A stretch of 64,000 nt of DNA, taken from the NCBI GenBank assembly GCA_033345235.1, contig JAWPOC010000016.1:69026-133025 (forward strand), in the 5' to 3' direction. The notes beneath the pieces are model-generated. The model was not told where the DNA came from. It saw nothing but the letters and a program-made list of their open reading frames with translations, and searched no databases. This document shows, in pieces, positions 36,007 to 47,406 of the stretch. The stretch comes from Alphaproteobacteria bacterium (GTDB taxonomy: Bacteria; Pseudomonadota; Alphaproteobacteria; Rs-D84). The position numbers and the translations under genes are program-made. Every line of letters begins with the position of its first letter. Position 1 is the first letter of the stretch.

Positions 36007-36319
36007 AGATTTTGAAAAACGAACAGCACGTCCACAAACCTTGGCAGGTGCGCTGGGGGGGATGATGCGTTTGTTTGGTGGTCGTGCATCTGATTCTGAT
36101 TTGGTTGCGCGTTGGGACGAAATTATGGGGACAGATATTGCGTCGGTCGCCAGATTGGTGGCAATCAAACAAAATCGTGACAAGACCTTTAATGTCGTAA
36201 TCAGACCGGCTGTGCCGGCGTACGCGTTACAATTGTCATATCAATCAGATGAAATAATCAAACGTATAAATAAATATTTCGGATATAACGCAGTTGGTAA
36301 AATAAGTTTTAGAAAATAG
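35990..36319 (+). CDS. DUF721/DciA-like small protein
   Basis: 109 aa. Weak similarity to the DUF721 family. Overlaps the mltA stop. Confidence 0.3.
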   Translation: MSNHSKDFEKRTARPQTLAGALGGMMRLFGGRASDSDLVARWDEIMGTDIASVARLVAIKQNRDKTFNVVIRPAVPAYALQLSYQSDEIIKRINKYFGYNAVGKISFRK

Positions 36320-36330
36320 GGAAATATGAT

Positions 36331-36531
36331 ATGAAAATTTTTTTTAAAGCTTTGTATTTTATAGCTTGTGTTTTTTTGTTAAAAATAGGTAATGATTTGT
36401 TCTTTTTAACAGATGTTAATTTATTTTGGGTTTGTTTGTATGTTTTTTTTGTAATTGTGGTATTTTTCCCACTGACGAGTTTAGGGTGGCGATATATACA
36501 TTCAAAAAAGTTTGGTAAGGATAGAAAATGA
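36331..36531 (+). CDS. hypothetical small membrane protein (66 aa)
   Basis: Two hydrophobic helices. Overlaps the ruvC start by 4 bp. Confidence 0.3.
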   Translation: MKIFFKALYFIACVFLLKIGNDLFFLTDVNLFWVCLYVFFVIVVFFPLTSLGWRYIHSKKFGKDRK

Positions 36532-37004
36532 CAAAGCGTGTGTTGGGTATTGATCCAGGGTTATTACATACAGGTTGGGCGGTTGTTGATACGTCTGGTC
36601 AAACACGTAAATATGTTGCTAGTGGTGTTATTTTACCAAATCCAAAAATGGAAATGGCACAACGTTTGGTAACAGTGTTTCGTGAAGTTACAAAAATATG
36701 TGAAACTTTTTCGCCGGATGAATGTAGTATTGAAATAATTTTTGTAAATAAAAATCCAAAAACTACATTGATTTTAGGACAGGCGCGTTCGGCAGCAATT
36801 GTCGCAGTTGCAAATCAAGATATTCCTATATTTGAATACGAACCAAATAAAATAAAAAAAGCACTAACTGGGGCAGGACATGCAGATAAGACGGCTGTTG
36901 ACAAAATGGTGCAAATTTTGTTGCCAAATGCACGTCCGAAAACGGCAGATGAAGCAGATGCAATCGCAATTGCATTGGCGCATACAAATACAATGCGGTT
37001 TTGA
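36528..37004 (+). CDS. ruvC: crossover junction endodeoxyribonuclease RuvC
   Basis: VLGIDPGLLHTGWAVVD, RNase H-like catalytic N-terminus. Confidence 0.9.
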   Translation: MTKRVLGIDPGLLHTGWAVVDTSGQTRKYVASGVILPNPKMEMAQRLVTVFREVTKICETFSPDECSIEIIFVNKNPKTTLILGQARSAAIVAVANQDIPIFEYEPNKIKKALTGAGHADKTAVDKMVQILLPNARPKTADEADAIAIALAHTNTMRF

Positions 37005-37047
37005 AACCGCTAACATTAATTACTTTTTTATGATATAATATACATCC

Positions 37048-38238
37048 ATGGCGAGAGAGAAGTATATTTCAATAGGCAGTAAAGTAAATGGTTTTTCGTT
37101 TGCGAATTTGGGGCTTTTTACCGGATTTGCAGACGGTATTTATAATGCTGTATATTCTTTGGTGATTTTGGAAATATTTCGAAACAGTGCAGTTGTGGGT
37201 ATTTATGTCGCCATTTATTCTGTGTTTTGTTTCTTGGTCGGATTATTTGCAAATGAAATATTTCGTCAGTTTTCCAAGGTACGTGTCTTTTATTTCGCAA
37301 TGCTGATGATTGCGATTTGTTACGCAATGATGAGTTTTTCTATATTGCCACGTACGTTTATTATTTTGGACTATACAACAGGGTTTGCAATAACGTTAAC
37401 AACTGTGTTAATACCGTTGTTTATGTCGGATTTTTCTGAAAAAATTGGTATGGCACGATTAAATGCCAGATATCATTTGTGGTTGAATATAGGCGCGTTC
37501 TTTGCACCAATGGTTGCTGTTTTAATTGCAAACAAATTTGATAACAGGGCCGCATTTATGGGATCCGCGATAATTTATTTCTTGGGCTGGTTTGTATTCC
37601 GATTGTTTAAAATTGTTCAGCAAGATAAAACGGTCAAACCTGTCAGTCCCAGAAAAACAGTGCGGGCGTTGCTGAAAAATACGGCGGAATTCTTTAAAAT
37701 TCCAGGAATGTTACGTGCGTATCTGGTTAATTTCGGATATTATTCTTTGCGTGCATTGCGCGTATTATATGTCCCAATCTTGGTTATTGAAAACGGTTTT
37801 TCAAAAGATACTTTGGGGCTGGTTTTAACGTTGGGAATTATTCCTTATTTGTTGATGAGTGAAATTATGGGGCGCATGGTTCGCAGGTTTGGTAAAACAA
37901 TTTGGTTGATAATCGGGTTTGGGTCATTTGCAATTCTGTCTGCATTTGCAATATTTGTTACAGGGGTTCCGTTGCTGGCTATATTTGTTGCGTGGCAGAT
38001 TTCAGGCGCGTTTATGGAACCTGTGCATGATTTGTTGTTCTTTGATACCGCGTCAACCAAGGCACAACAAACGCGTTTTTATGGCGTGTTCAGAACCAGT
38101 TCAAATCTGCCGAATATTATTGTCCCAACATTAGGGGCGGCGGCAATTACTTTGTTTGGTGCAACAACAGCTGTGTGGACAGTTACTGCCTTTATCGGGG
38201 CGTTTATGCTGCTGATTTTAGTTCAAAGAAAAAAATAA
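37048..38238 (+). CDS. MFS transporter
   Basis: About 12 predicted TM helices, 396 aa. Confidence 0.7.
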   Translation: MAREKYISIGSKVNGFSFANLGLFTGFADGIYNAVYSLVILEIFRNSAVVGIYVAIYSVFCFLVGLFANEIFRQFSKVRVFYFAMLMIAICYAMMSFSILPRTFIILDYTTGFAITLTTVLIPLFMSDFSEKIGMARLNARYHLWLNIGAFFAPMVAVLIANKFDNRAAFMGSAIIYFLGWFVFRLFKIVQQDKTVKPVSPRKTVRALLKNTAEFFKIPGMLRAYLVNFGYYSLRALRVLYVPILVIENGFSKDTLGLVLTLGIIPYLLMSEIMGRMVRRFGKTIWLIIGFGSFAILSAFAIFVTGVPLLAIFVAWQISGAFMEPVHDLLFFDTASTKAQQTRFYGVFRTSSNLPNIIVPTLGAAAITLFGATTAVWTVTAFIGAFMLLILVQRKK

Positions 38239-38302
38239 CAAATTCATTGCTTTTTGCCGGGTTTCTTTGTATGATTTTCCTAAGAAAATAAAGGGGAAGC
38301 AT

Positions 38303-39382
38303 ATGGCGAAAAAAGATGCTGTTAAAGATGCAGGTGCACCTGCAAAAAATCCTGCGCTGGAATCTGCGTTGGCGCAAATCCAAAAACAATTCGGTAAAGA
38401 AGCAATTATGAAAATGGGCGACGGTTCCCAACAAAATATAGAGGCGATTTCATCAGGGTCTTTGGGGTTGGATATCGCGTTGGGTGTCGGTGGTTATCCA
38501 AAGGGACGTATCGTTGAAATCTATGGCCCAGAAAGTTCCGGTAAAACAACACTGGCATTGCATGCGGTCGCGGAATCCCAGAAAAAAGGTGGAACATGTG
38601 CGTATATTGATGCGGAAAATGCGCTGGACCCAAGTTATGCAAAAAAGTTGGGCGTCGATGTCGCAAATTTAATCATTTCTCAACCTGATTCCGGGGAACA
38701 GGCACTGGAAATTGCAGATACATTGATTAAATCTGGTGCAGTTGATGTCGTCGTTATTGACAGTGTGGCGGCATTGGTGCCAAAGGCAGAACTGGAAGGT
38801 AATATCGGTGATTCTTTTGTTGGTACAACAGCCCGATTAATGAGTCAGTCTTTGAAAAAACTGGCGGGTTCTGTATCGCGTAGTAATACTTTGCTGATAT
38901 TTATCAATCAAATTCGTATGAAGATTGGTGTTATGTTCGGTAATCCAGAAACAACGTCCGGGGGAAATGCATTAAAGTTCTATGCGTCTGTGCGTCTGGA
39001 TATCCGCCGTACAGGACAAATCAAAGATAAAGAAAATATCGTTGGAAATGAAACACGTGTAAAGGTTGTAAAGAACAAAGTTGCACCACCTTTCCGTACA
39101 GTTGATTTCAAAATTATGTATGGCGAAGGTATTAGTCGTATCAGTGAAATCTTGGATATGGGTGTGAAATATGACCTGATTGAAAAAGCAGGCAGTTTCT
39201 ATTCTTATAACAGTGAGCGTATGGGACAGGGTGAAGCAAATGCCAGAGCGTGGCTGAAAGACCATGAAGATGTTCAGAAAGAATTGCTGGATAAAATTAT
39301 GGCACGTGCCAGCGGCATCGCCGAAGAAATGACAACGGGCCCAAGTGATGAAGAAAGTTTTTCTGAAAATACAGAAGAATAA
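38303..39382 (+). CDS. recA: recombinase RecA
   Basis: Walker [11 protein letters not shown]1/L2 loops, and near-complete colinearity with RecA. The ORF could start at 38267. Confidence 0.95.
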   Translation: MAKKDAVKDAGAPAKNPALESALAQIQKQFGKEAIMKMGDGSQQNIEAISSGSLGLDIALGVGGYPKGRIVEIYGPESSGKTTLALHAVAESQKKGGTCAYIDAENALDPSYAKKLGVDVANLIISQPDSGEQALEIADTLIKSGAVDVVVIDSVAALVPKAELEGNIGDSFVGTTARLMSQSLKKLAGSVSRSNTLLIFINQIRMKIGVMFGNPETTSGGNALKFYASVRLDIRRTGQIKDKENIVGNETRVKVVKNKVAPPFRTVDFKIMYGEGISRISEILDMGVKYDLIEKAGSFYSYNSERMGQGEANARAWLKDHEDVQKELLDKIMARASGIAEEMTTGPSDEESFSENTEE

Positions 39383-39444
39383 TAAAATAACCCAATCAGA
39401 GTTCTGGTTGGGTTGTTTGTCTGATTTTTAACAAAGGTGTAAAT

Positions 39445-40347
39445 ATGAGTTTTTCTAGATTTATTGCAACAGTGAAAATTGTATTCTTGGGGCATATTTT
39501 AAACTGGCCTTGGCGGTCGCGCATTAAACGACGCAAAGTGCGCAGTGATGTTATTTCAAAAATAATACCAAAATATTTTAAAAGATATTTGCCAGCAGCC
39601 GCGGCGGTTGTTGAAAGAAAAGTCGAAAACAATGATAAAAACGACAAAATTTTTACACTGTGGTTACAGGGTGAAGATAAAGCGCCTCCTTTGGTTCAGG
39701 CGTGTTTTCGCAGTGTGCGTAAAAACTGTAAACAAGAATTGGTTGTGTTGGATGAAAAGACGGTCTTTGATTACATTACTTTGCCAGATGTTATTATGGA
39801 AAAGCGTAAGGCTGGTAAAATCGCGCATGCTCATTTCGCAGATATTTGTCGCGTAGAGTTGTTATATAATCATGGCGGATATTGGCTGGATTCAACAGGA
39901 TTGGCAACCAGTGCAATTCCAGACTGGATTGAAAATGAAGATTTCTTTGTGTATTTGGCCGGACAAAATGTCGGCAGCCCTTATTCTTTTATGCAAAACT
40001 GTTTCATTCGTGCGCGTAAAGGGGCGTATTTGTTAGATGCGTGGCGCGCGATGATTTTAGATTATTGGATGCATGAAAATTCTAACTTTGATTATTTTAT
40101 GCACCAATTACTGTTCAAAGCGTTGGTTACATATGACCCTCGTGCAAAAAAGTACTTTGAAAAAATGCCACACGTTGATCAAGATCCAACGCATATGTTG
40201 TGGTGGGATTATCATAATAAACCTTTTGATAAAAAACAATTTGAACAAGTTACCAGTGGCGCTTTCTTTCAAAAACTGACTTACCGCGGTTCGGAAAAGC
40301 CAGTGCCTGGGACGTATGCAGATGAAATTATCAAAATGTATAAATAA
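39445..40347 (+). CDS. GT32-like (DXD, capsular-polysaccharide-synthesis type) glycosyltransferase
   Basis: Motif FADICRVELLYNHGGYWLDSTG resembles the GT32 sugar-binding region. Confidence 0.5.
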   Translation: MSFSRFIATVKIVFLGHILNWPWRSRIKRRKVRSDVISKIIPKYFKRYLPAAAAVVERKVENNDKNDKIFTLWLQGEDKAPPLVQACFRSVRKNCKQELVVLDEKTVFDYITLPDVIMEKRKAGKIAHAHFADICRVELLYNHGGYWLDSTGLATSAIPDWIENEDFFVYLAGQNVGSPYSFMQNCFIRARKGAYLLDAWRAMILDYWMHENSNFDYFMHQLLFKALVTYDPRAKKYFEKMPHVDQDPTHMLWWDYHNKPFDKKQFEQVTSGAFFQKLTYRGSEKPVPGTYADEIIKMYK

Positions 40348-40361
40348 CAAAAGGATTACAG

Positions 40362-41381
40362 ATGCCCGCAATTTCAATTATTATTCCAATGTATGGTGTT
40401 GAAAAATATTTGCGCAGATGTTTGGATAGTGTACAAAATCAGACTTTTAAAGATTGGCAGGCAATTTGTGTGAATGACGGCAGTCCTGATAAATCTGGCG
40501 AAATCGCACGCGAATACGCTGCACGTGACAAGCGGTTTGTTGTGGTCGATAAAGAAAACGGTGGTTTATCTGATGCGCGTAATGCCGCAATGCCATATGT
40601 CACAGGTGATTATATTTTATATCTGGATAGTGATGATTTTATTCATCCACAAACAATGGAAATTGCGTATTCTTTGGCTTTGCGTGATGGGTCAGATATT
40701 GTGTCTTTTACATACGACAGAATTTATCGCCCCCAATTGATGGTGCGTCATAAATTAGGTTTGGATACAGATAATGTTGTGCCAAGGCGTATGCATAAAA
40801 AATATGACCTTGCAAAAATTAAAACACGTGTCACAGATGATGTATACGAATATGCAACAGAACGCACACATAATAAATTTAATCCAAAACGCAAGTGGCT
40901 AATTAAACACTGTCAGGTTTGGAAAAATTTATATAAACGTGAATTAATCGAAGATATTCCTTTTATCAAGGGAATATTATTCGAAGACTTCCCTTGGTGG
41001 AGTCGCGTTATGTTGCGTAATCCACGTGTTACAATCGCGCCACTGCCGCTGTATTTCTATATTCCAAATTTTGGTGGAATAGTGTTGGGGGCAAAGCAAC
41101 TGCGTATTATGAAAAGTTTGTGCACTGGTATCGAAAGTGCGTATGACGCGTATAAAGAATCTGCAACTGAATATCAGATGAAACGATGGAATGCTGAATT
41201 CAAGTGGTACTTTATCAAATGGGCGTTTAGAAAGATAAAATATTTGGATAATGATGCAGATGTTGCAGATGCTCGCGAATGCTTTAGACATTTAAATGAA
41301 ATAGGCGCGTTGTCTAATCCGCCATATGCGTGGGCAGAAAAAATTCGTGAAAGTATCTTGGATTTTATCAAAGGAAAATAA
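40362..41381 (+). CDS. family 2 glycosyltransferase
   Basis: ISIIIPMYGVEKYLRRCLDSVQNQTFKDWQAICVNDGSPD…LYLDSDD (GT-A fold, DxD). Confidence 0.8.
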   Translation: MPAISIIIPMYGVEKYLRRCLDSVQNQTFKDWQAICVNDGSPDKSGEIAREYAARDKRFVVVDKENGGLSDARNAAMPYVTGDYILYLDSDDFIHPQTMEIAYSLALRDGSDIVSFTYDRIYRPQLMVRHKLGLDTDNVVPRRMHKKYDLAKIKTRVTDDVYEYATERTHNKFNPKRKWLIKHCQVWKNLYKRELIEDIPFIKGILFEDFPWWSRVMLRNPRVTIAPLPLYFYIPNFGGIVLGAKQLRIMKSLCTGIESAYDAYKESATEYQMKRWNAEFKWYFIKWAFRKIKYLDNDADVADARECFRHLNEIGALSNPPYAWAEKIRESILDFIKGK

Positions 41382-41384
41382 CCG

Positions 41385-42401
41385 ATGACTGAAAAAACTA
41401 TTATATCAATAATTATCCCTGTGTATAACGTTGAACGGTTTTTACGCAGATGCTTAGATAGTGTGTTGCGTCAGACTTTTCAATACTGGCAGGCAATATG
41501 TGTTAATGATGGCAGCACAGACGGCAGTCTTGAAATATTACAAGAATACGCTGCAAAAGATTCTAGATTCAAAGTGATAAATAAAAAAAACGGTGGATTG
41601 TCTGATGCGCGTAATACCGGTATGAAATATGCCAAAGGCGAATATGTTTTATTCTTAGACAGTGATGATTTTATTCATGACCAAACGCTGGAATTGATGT
41701 TCGGAACGATAAAACAAAAACGTGCAGATATGGCGTTGTTTGACTTTGATTTGCCTTTTTACAAAGCGTTGCGTGCAAAGTTAGATAAACACAAAGATAT
41801 ATATGATTTAGTTCCAACCAGCAGAAGAAGGGTTTATAAATTTAGCAGATTTTGTAAGTATGTAACGAAAAATATTTTGATGCATTGTACCGAACGTAAT
41901 CGTACTTTGTTTATACGACGCCCTGTACGCAGACATTGTTATCCTGTGTTGGCGTTGTATAGCAAAAATTTAATCCAAGATATTCATTTTATCAAAGGAA
42001 TTATTATCGAAGATTTTCCATGGTGGGTTGCAGTATTGCACAAAAAACCAAAGACTGTTATGACTAAATTGCCACTGTATTTTTATATTCCAAATGCGAC
42101 TTCGATATTAAACAGTTCTAAATCTTTGTTTATGGCAAAGTCAATCGCAACAGGCTTAAAGGCATCGTTTGATTTGTATTCAACTGGTGTAAGTAAGTCA
42201 GAATATAAACATTTTAACTATCATTTCTTGTGGCCTTTTACAATTACAATGATGCGAAAAATTCGGGACTTGGATAATGATGCAGATATTGCAGTCGCAA
42301 AAGAATTTGTTTCCGATTTATATAATCATGGTGTTTTTGATATGCCATGTGGCGCGCGTGCCAGAAAATATAAACGCAAAATTTTAAAATTTATAAGTTA
42401 A
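41385..42401 (+). CDS. family 2 glycosyltransferase (tandem paralog of the preceding gene)
   Basis: ISIIIPVYNVERFLRRCLDSVLRQTFQYWQAICVNDGSTD…LFLDSDD. About 45% identity to the upstream gene over the N-terminal domain. Confidence 0.8.
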   Translation: MTEKTIISIIIPVYNVERFLRRCLDSVLRQTFQYWQAICVNDGSTDGSLEILQEYAAKDSRFKVINKKNGGLSDARNTGMKYAKGEYVLFLDSDDFIHDQTLELMFGTIKQKRADMALFDFDLPFYKALRAKLDKHKDIYDLVPTSRRRVYKFSRFCKYVTKNILMHCTERNRTLFIRRPVRRHCYPVLALYSKNLIQDIHFIKGIIIEDFPWWVAVLHKKPKTVMTKLPLYFYIPNATSILNSSKSLFMAKSIATGLKASFDLYSTGVSKSEYKHFNYHFLWPFTITMMRKIRDLDNDADIAVAKEFVSDLYNHGVFDMPCGARARKYKRKILKFIS

Positions 42402-42428
42402 GAAAAAAAAGACGCAATTGCGTCTTTT

Positions 42429-43274
42429 TTATATGTTTGTTTTTTTGAGACGTTCTGGGATTTTTACGACTATTTTTATCCCAAGCATATTTGGTTTGTT
42501 CCATGCATAAGGAGCGCGAATATATGTCTGAACAAAGCGTGCAATTTTTATCCATTTTTCATTATGTGCAGTGCGTTTTGTTACGTCGTTTATTGTGCCG
42601 TTACCACGACGTTTTAGATGATTAACCCAATCTTCACCACGTTTGGCGGCCTTGGATACTAACATATTCATATCAACTGCACCAAAGTGTAATAAATACA
42701 GGTTTTTATCAATGTGAAAATTTTTGCCTTTGATGCGATGAAAACCACTGCCCCAATTTACAGGTTTATTTATAACAACAGGTTTTGTGTATCGTGTTGA
42801 CATTAATGCAAAATCGCGTTGTGATGAAAATGATTTTGTCGGGTTTAGTTCTTGTTCTGTTAGCATATGTTGACCAACATCCAACCCCAGTCCAGATAAT
42901 GTTGTGTTAAATTTTTTATTGGATAAATATTCATGCAGACTCATTTTTGTTTTTGGGTCGTTTATTAAAAATTCATCACAATCACAACCGATTACAATAT
43001 CGTATGTTTTTAACAGTTCTTTTGCTAATGTAGATATTTTTCCAATTCTGTATTTGTCGCCGGCACTGCGTGACATATCAGAATGTGGTAATTTTGTTAT
43101 GTGGGCTTTGCCTGCATTTTCAGGAATGTTTTGGTCTGTGCCATCTAGATAGATATACAAATTTTCTGTGCCAAATTCATCGCCATAATATTTAATCCAA
43201 CGTGACAGAAAAAAGTCATCGTTTCGTGCCATTGTAATAACAGCGATTTTCTTGTGTGGTTTTTGTTTTTTCAT
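42429..43274 (-). CDS. putative glycosyltransferase (nucleotide-diphospho-sugar transferase-like)
   Basis: …IAVITMARNDDFFLSRWIKYY…IYLDGTDQ… resembles GT-A-like families. Start chosen at the internal Met to avoid a long overlap. Confidence 0.35.
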   Translation of the reverse strand: MKKQKPHKKIAVITMARNDDFFLSRWIKYYGDEFGTENLYIYLDGTDQNIPENAGKAHITKLPHSDMSRSAGDKYRIGKISTLAKELLKTYDIVIGCDCDEFLINDPKTKMSLHEYLSNKKFNTTLSGLGLDVGQHMLTEQELNPTKSFSSQRDFALMSTRYTKPVVINKPVNWGSGFHRIKGKNFHIDKNLYLLHFGAVDMNMLVSKAAKRGEDWVNHLKRRGNGTINDVTKRTAHNEKWIKIARFVQTYIRAPYAWNKPNMLGIKIVVKIPERLKKTNI

Positions 43275-44134
43275 ATTCCCTCGACCAAGATTTTGCGCAA
43301 TGCGTGACGAATATTGCGTAATAATATTTTTATTGGATTTTTTGTTATTAGCCATTTTATGTATTTTACACCGTATTCGTCTGTTGCGGATTTTATAATT
43401 GCAGATTTTAAATCAGGCGTTGTATGATTTAATATATATTTTATCTGACCACCCAATGCACCATGATTGCGAATAAATGCAGATTTTTTCATAAATGGCA
43501 TACCATGTACGAACAATTTCTTTATTCTGTTGTATACGCCACGACCAGATACAGTATATAAACAATCCCAAGTAAATCCGTTTTCAGATATTTGTTTTGA
43601 TAAGCCTTGTTCATATTCGCGTGTAATTGCACCTTTGGATGATAATTTTGTAATATTTATCATGAAACTATCAAACCATTTACTGGTGAATATTTGCGGG
43701 GTGACGCCTATAAACCAAGACTGAATATGTGGGTGTTTGGAATTTGGATTTTTAACAATACCAAACGCGTCATGCCCCATATTTTCCATCGCGTCAAAAT
43801 ATCGTTCCAGTGGATATAATGGGCCGTATACAGAATCATTTACCAGATAAAAATAATCATATGTTGATAAATCTAAATTATCTTTTGCCCAGATATATGC
43901 ACGCTTGTAAGACCCAAAGTCATATTCATTGTGACGTGTGGCAATTGCGTGTTTTGTGATGGATTTTATTTTCTTTAGTTCACTGGTACTGCATTCACAG
44001 TCCATTGATAATACAATGTCACCAAATTTGCTTAGTTTTTTTATATAATATGCCAATGCATCATCCACAGCGCAGGATTTATTATAGCCTGCGAATAGAA
44101 ATAAACGTTTTTTTCTAGGAACTTGGTGTTTCAT
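43271..44134 (-). CDS. putative glycosyltransferase, rhamnan-synthesis-F (RgpF)-like
   Basis: …YFYLVNDSVYGPLYP… resembles the RgpF-family motif. Confidence 0.35.
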   Translation of the reverse strand: MKHQVPRKKRLFLFAGYNKSCAVDDALAYYIKKLSKFGDIVLSMDCECSTSELKKIKSITKHAIATRHNEYDFGSYKRAYIWAKDNLDLSTYDYFYLVNDSVYGPLYPLERYFDAMENMGHDAFGIVKNPNSKHPHIQSWFIGVTPQIFTSKWFDSFMINITKLSSKGAITREYEQGLSKQISENGFTWDCLYTVSGRGVYNRIKKLFVHGMPFMKKSAFIRNHGALGGQIKYILNHTTPDLKSAIIKSATDEYGVKYIKWLITKNPIKILLRNIRHALRKILVEGI

Positions 44135-44189
44135 ATTATATAATTTACATGTTTTATAATCATTTTGCAAGAATCTTGAGGTTGGTAAT

Positions 44190-45386
44190 ATGAAAATGTC
44201 TTGTTATGCAAATAATCGATATAAAAAGAATTTAATGCAAAAAATCGCAAAGATTTCTTGTCGCAATAATATGAAGATAGATGCTGTGCCGCGGGGTGCA
44301 TTTATTGTAAATCCAACAACGGGGGCGTTTGGCGTTTTTGATGATGCGGGAAATTTAATAAAGTCATCGTTACAATATCGTGGAAAAACGGCTCAATTCA
44401 TCCCAAAGTATGTACCAAGTGTCGAATATATGGATTGTGACGCAGTTTTTGTTGGTAATGTATATCCGCACTTTGGACATTTTTTGTTGGAACATCTTAA
44501 TCGTGGGTGGGGAATAGGGCGCATAAAAAGTAAAAAAATTAAATACGTTTTAGTCGATAATAGAAATTTAGGGGCGCGACAATGGATGATTGATTTCTTG
44601 AAATGCGCCGGTGTTAAAGAGTCTGATATATTAATCCTGAATAAGTCGGTGCGGTTTAATACTGTTTATGTGCCATATCAATCTTTGAATATTGTATCTG
44701 GGTGGTATGCGCCAGAATTCAAAGATGTATTTGATATTATGCGCAAAAATACAAAGACTGATACAATATATGACAAGGTTTATGTGTCGCGGGCAAAGTT
44801 GTCTGATGATATGCGCGTCTGGGGCGAAGAACAGGTGCAATCTATATTTGAAAAAAATGGGTTCACAGTTATTTATCCAGAAACATTGCCGCTGGCAGAA
44901 CAGATTGCGATAATCAGCCACTGTAATGTTTTAGCAGGGTGCGCTGGGACAGCGTTACATTTGGCGCTGACGATGAAAGAGGAAACGCGGGTCATTCAAT
45001 TGAATCGTACGTCTGCTGTCAAAGATAACGGTGAAATTCAGTACAGATTATGTAAATTAAAAAATCAAGATTTTGATGTTATCTCTGCATCTGTCGAAGA
45101 GGTGCAATCTACGCATGGGGGGATACATGCGCCACAAATTATTGGTGTGACAAAAGAATTGCAACAATTCTTTGATGATAATAATTTTAAATATGATGAC
45201 GCAGACTTGCAGATGAATGCAGATGTGCTGAATCAATACAAGTTACATTTGTCAGAATTTCAAAAAAATAACGGCGGACAATTATATTTGAAATTTAAAA
45301 AGAAATTTATTAAGTACATTTCTTGTATTGTTCCTGGGCGTATTTTACGTGGTCGGTTTAGAAAATGGTTAAAAGAAAAGATGTAA
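44190..45386 (+). CDS. putative glycosyltransferase (DUF563/GT61-like)
   Basis: …YPHFGHFLLEHLNRGW… resembles the DUF563 core. Confidence 0.35.
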   Translation: MKMSCYANNRYKKNLMQKIAKISCRNNMKIDAVPRGAFIVNPTTGAFGVFDDAGNLIKSSLQYRGKTAQFIPKYVPSVEYMDCDAVFVGNVYPHFGHFLLEHLNRGWGIGRIKSKKIKYVLVDNRNLGARQWMIDFLKCAGVKESDILILNKSVRFNTVYVPYQSLNIVSGWYAPEFKDVFDIMRKNTKTDTIYDKVYVSRAKLSDDMRVWGEEQVQSIFEKNGFTVIYPETLPLAEQIAIISHCNVLAGCAGTALHLALTMKEETRVIQLNRTSAVKDNGEIQYRLCKLKNQDFDVISASVEEVQSTHGGIHAPQIIGVTKELQQFFDDNNFKYDDADLQMNADVLNQYKLHLSEFQKNNGGQLYLKFKKKFIKYISCIVPGRILRGRFRKWLKEKM

Positions 45387-45387
45387 A

Positions 45388-45418
45388 ATTAAAATCCCCC
45401 AATCGGGGGATTTTTTTA
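45388..45418. terminator. bidirectional terminator (TCCCCC-N4-GGGGGA type)
   Basis: AAAATCCCCCAATCGGGGGATTTTTTT. Confidence 0.6.
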
Positions 45419-47248
45419 AGCGTCTGCATTTTTACGTGTCTTTTTACGAATGTTGCTGTCCAGTTCTTTCTTGCGCAGACGAATTGTGTCTGGGGTAACT
45501 TCGACCAATTCGTCATCCAAGATATAAGACAGTGCTTCTTCTAATGATATGCGACGAGGGGGGGCCAAGAATAATTTTTCGTCAGCTGTTACTGAACGCA
45601 TATTCGTAAGTTCTTTACCTTTGATTGGGTTGACTTCTAAATCGTTTTCTTTGCTGTGTTCGCCGATAATCATACCAGAATATACTTCTGTTTGTGGGTC
45701 GATGAACAATGTGCCACGTGGTTGCAAATTGAACAGGGCGTATGTTGCGGCGCTGCCTTTTTCCATAGATACCAAAACACCTGGACGATACTGCATAATT
45801 GGGCCGCGATATGGGCCATATTCTGCAAAGACGCGGTTCATAATGCCTGTGCCGCGGGTGTCTGTGCGGAATTCGGACAGATAACCGATTAATCCACGTG
45901 AAGGTGCAGAAAATACAATACGTGTTTTCCCGCCACCTGATGCTTTCATTTCAGTAATGGTTGCTTTGCGTTTTGTCATCTTTTCAATAACAACACCACT
46001 GAATTCATCGTCTACGTCGATAACAACGTCTTCGATTGGTTCCAGTTTTTCGCCGTTTTCACCATCAATCATTACAACGCGTGGGCGACTGACACTTAAT
46101 TCAAATCCTTCGCGACGCATTGTTTCAATCAAAATCCCCAGTTGTAATTCGCCACGACCAGAAACTTCGAATGCTTCGTTGTTTTCGCTTTGTTCGACTT
46201 TTAATGCGATGTTTGTTTCGGCTTCTTTGAACAGGCGTTCGCCAATCATACGTGATGTCAATTTTTTGCCGGATTTGCCCGCCAATGGCGATGTGTTTAC
46301 AAAGAATGTCATTGTCAGGGTAGGTGGGTCAATTGGCATCGCAGGAATTGGTTCGTTTACACTTGGGTCACATAATGTGTCCGCCACAGTTGCTTTGGAA
46401 AAACCTGCAACGACAACGATGTCGCCAGCAGATGCTGTGTCACGTGATATTTTTTCAACACCACGATGTTCAATAATTTTTGTAATTTTTGCGTTTTCTA
46501 TAAATTCCCCACGCATATTAATTGCTTTGACTGATTGGCCAACGCGAACTGTACCGGATTCAATTTTCCCAGTCAGTATTCGACCAACGTATGGGTCTGC
46601 TTCTAGTGTTGTGGCCAACATTTTAAATGGCGCGTTCAATTGGCAGCGTTCGCCATTACAATCAGGTGCTGGTACGTGATCGACGATTAATTGAAATAAT
46701 GGGGTCAGGTCTTTTCTTTCGTCGTTCAGGTTACGTGCCGCCCAACCGTCACGCCCAACAGAATACAAATATGGGAAATCAAGTTGTGAATCTGTTGCGC
46801 CTAATTTATCAAATAAATCAAATGTTTCTGTCAGTACTTCATCAGGACGGGCGTCATTACGGTCGACTTTGTTAATACATACAATTGGACGCAGCCCCAG
46901 TTTCAAAGCCTTGGATAAAACGAATTTTGTTTGAGGCAGGGGGCCTTCGGCACTGTCAACCAACAAGACAACACCATCAACCATCGACAGAATACGTTCA
47001 ACTTCGCCACCAAAGTCTGCGTGCCCAGGTGTGTCTACGATGTTAATTTTATATTCGCCCCATTGAATAGATGTTGGCTTCGCGGAAATTGTAATCCCGC
47101 GTTCGCGTTCAATATCACCACTGTCCATTACGCGGTCTTCGACTTTTTCATTGGCGCGGAATGTGCCGGCTTGCTTTAACATATTGTCAACCAGTGTAGT
47201 TTTACCATGGTCAACGTGTGCAATAATTGCAATATTGCGAATTTTCAT
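45416..47248 (-). CDS. typA: translational GTPase TypA/BipA
   Basis: [21 protein letters not shown]… and EF-G-like domain order. 610 aa. Confidence 0.95.
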   Translation of the reverse strand: MKIRNIAIIAHVDHGKTTLVDNMLKQAGTFRANEKVEDRVMDSGDIERERGITISAKPTSIQWGEYKINIVDTPGHADFGGEVERILSMVDGVVLLVDSAEGPLPQTKFVLSKALKLGLRPIVCINKVDRNDARPDEVLTETFDLFDKLGATDSQLDFPYLYSVGRDGWAARNLNDERKDLTPLFQLIVDHVPAPDCNGERCQLNAPFKMLATTLEADPYVGRILTGKIESGTVRVGQSVKAINMRGEFIENAKITKIIEHRGVEKISRDTASAGDIVVVAGFSKATVADTLCDPSVNEPIPAMPIDPPTLTMTFFVNTSPLAGKSGKKLTSRMIGERLFKEAETNIALKVEQSENNEAFEVSGRGELQLGILIETMRREGFELSVSRPRVVMIDGENGEKLEPIEDVVIDVDDEFSGVVIEKMTKRKATITEMKASGGGKTRIVFSAPSRGLIGYLSEFRTDTRGTGIMNRVFAEYGPYRGPIMQYRPGVLVSMEKGSAATYALFNLQPRGTLFIDPQTEVYSGMIIGEHSKENDLEVNPIKGKELTNMRSVTADEKLFLAPPRRISLEEALSYILDDELVEVTPDTIRLRKKELDSNIRKKTRKNADA

Positions 47249-47406
47249 GTCTTTACCCCATGTTTTCAGATTTTTCTAGCTTAGGGTATACCCATTTTTT
47301 TACATTTTCAAGAATATATTGTGTCTGGTATTGACATTTTGTTAAATTTGTCTATATTAACTGGAGTGAGTGATATGTGTATAATATGAATCAAGGAGGT
47401 ATAAAT

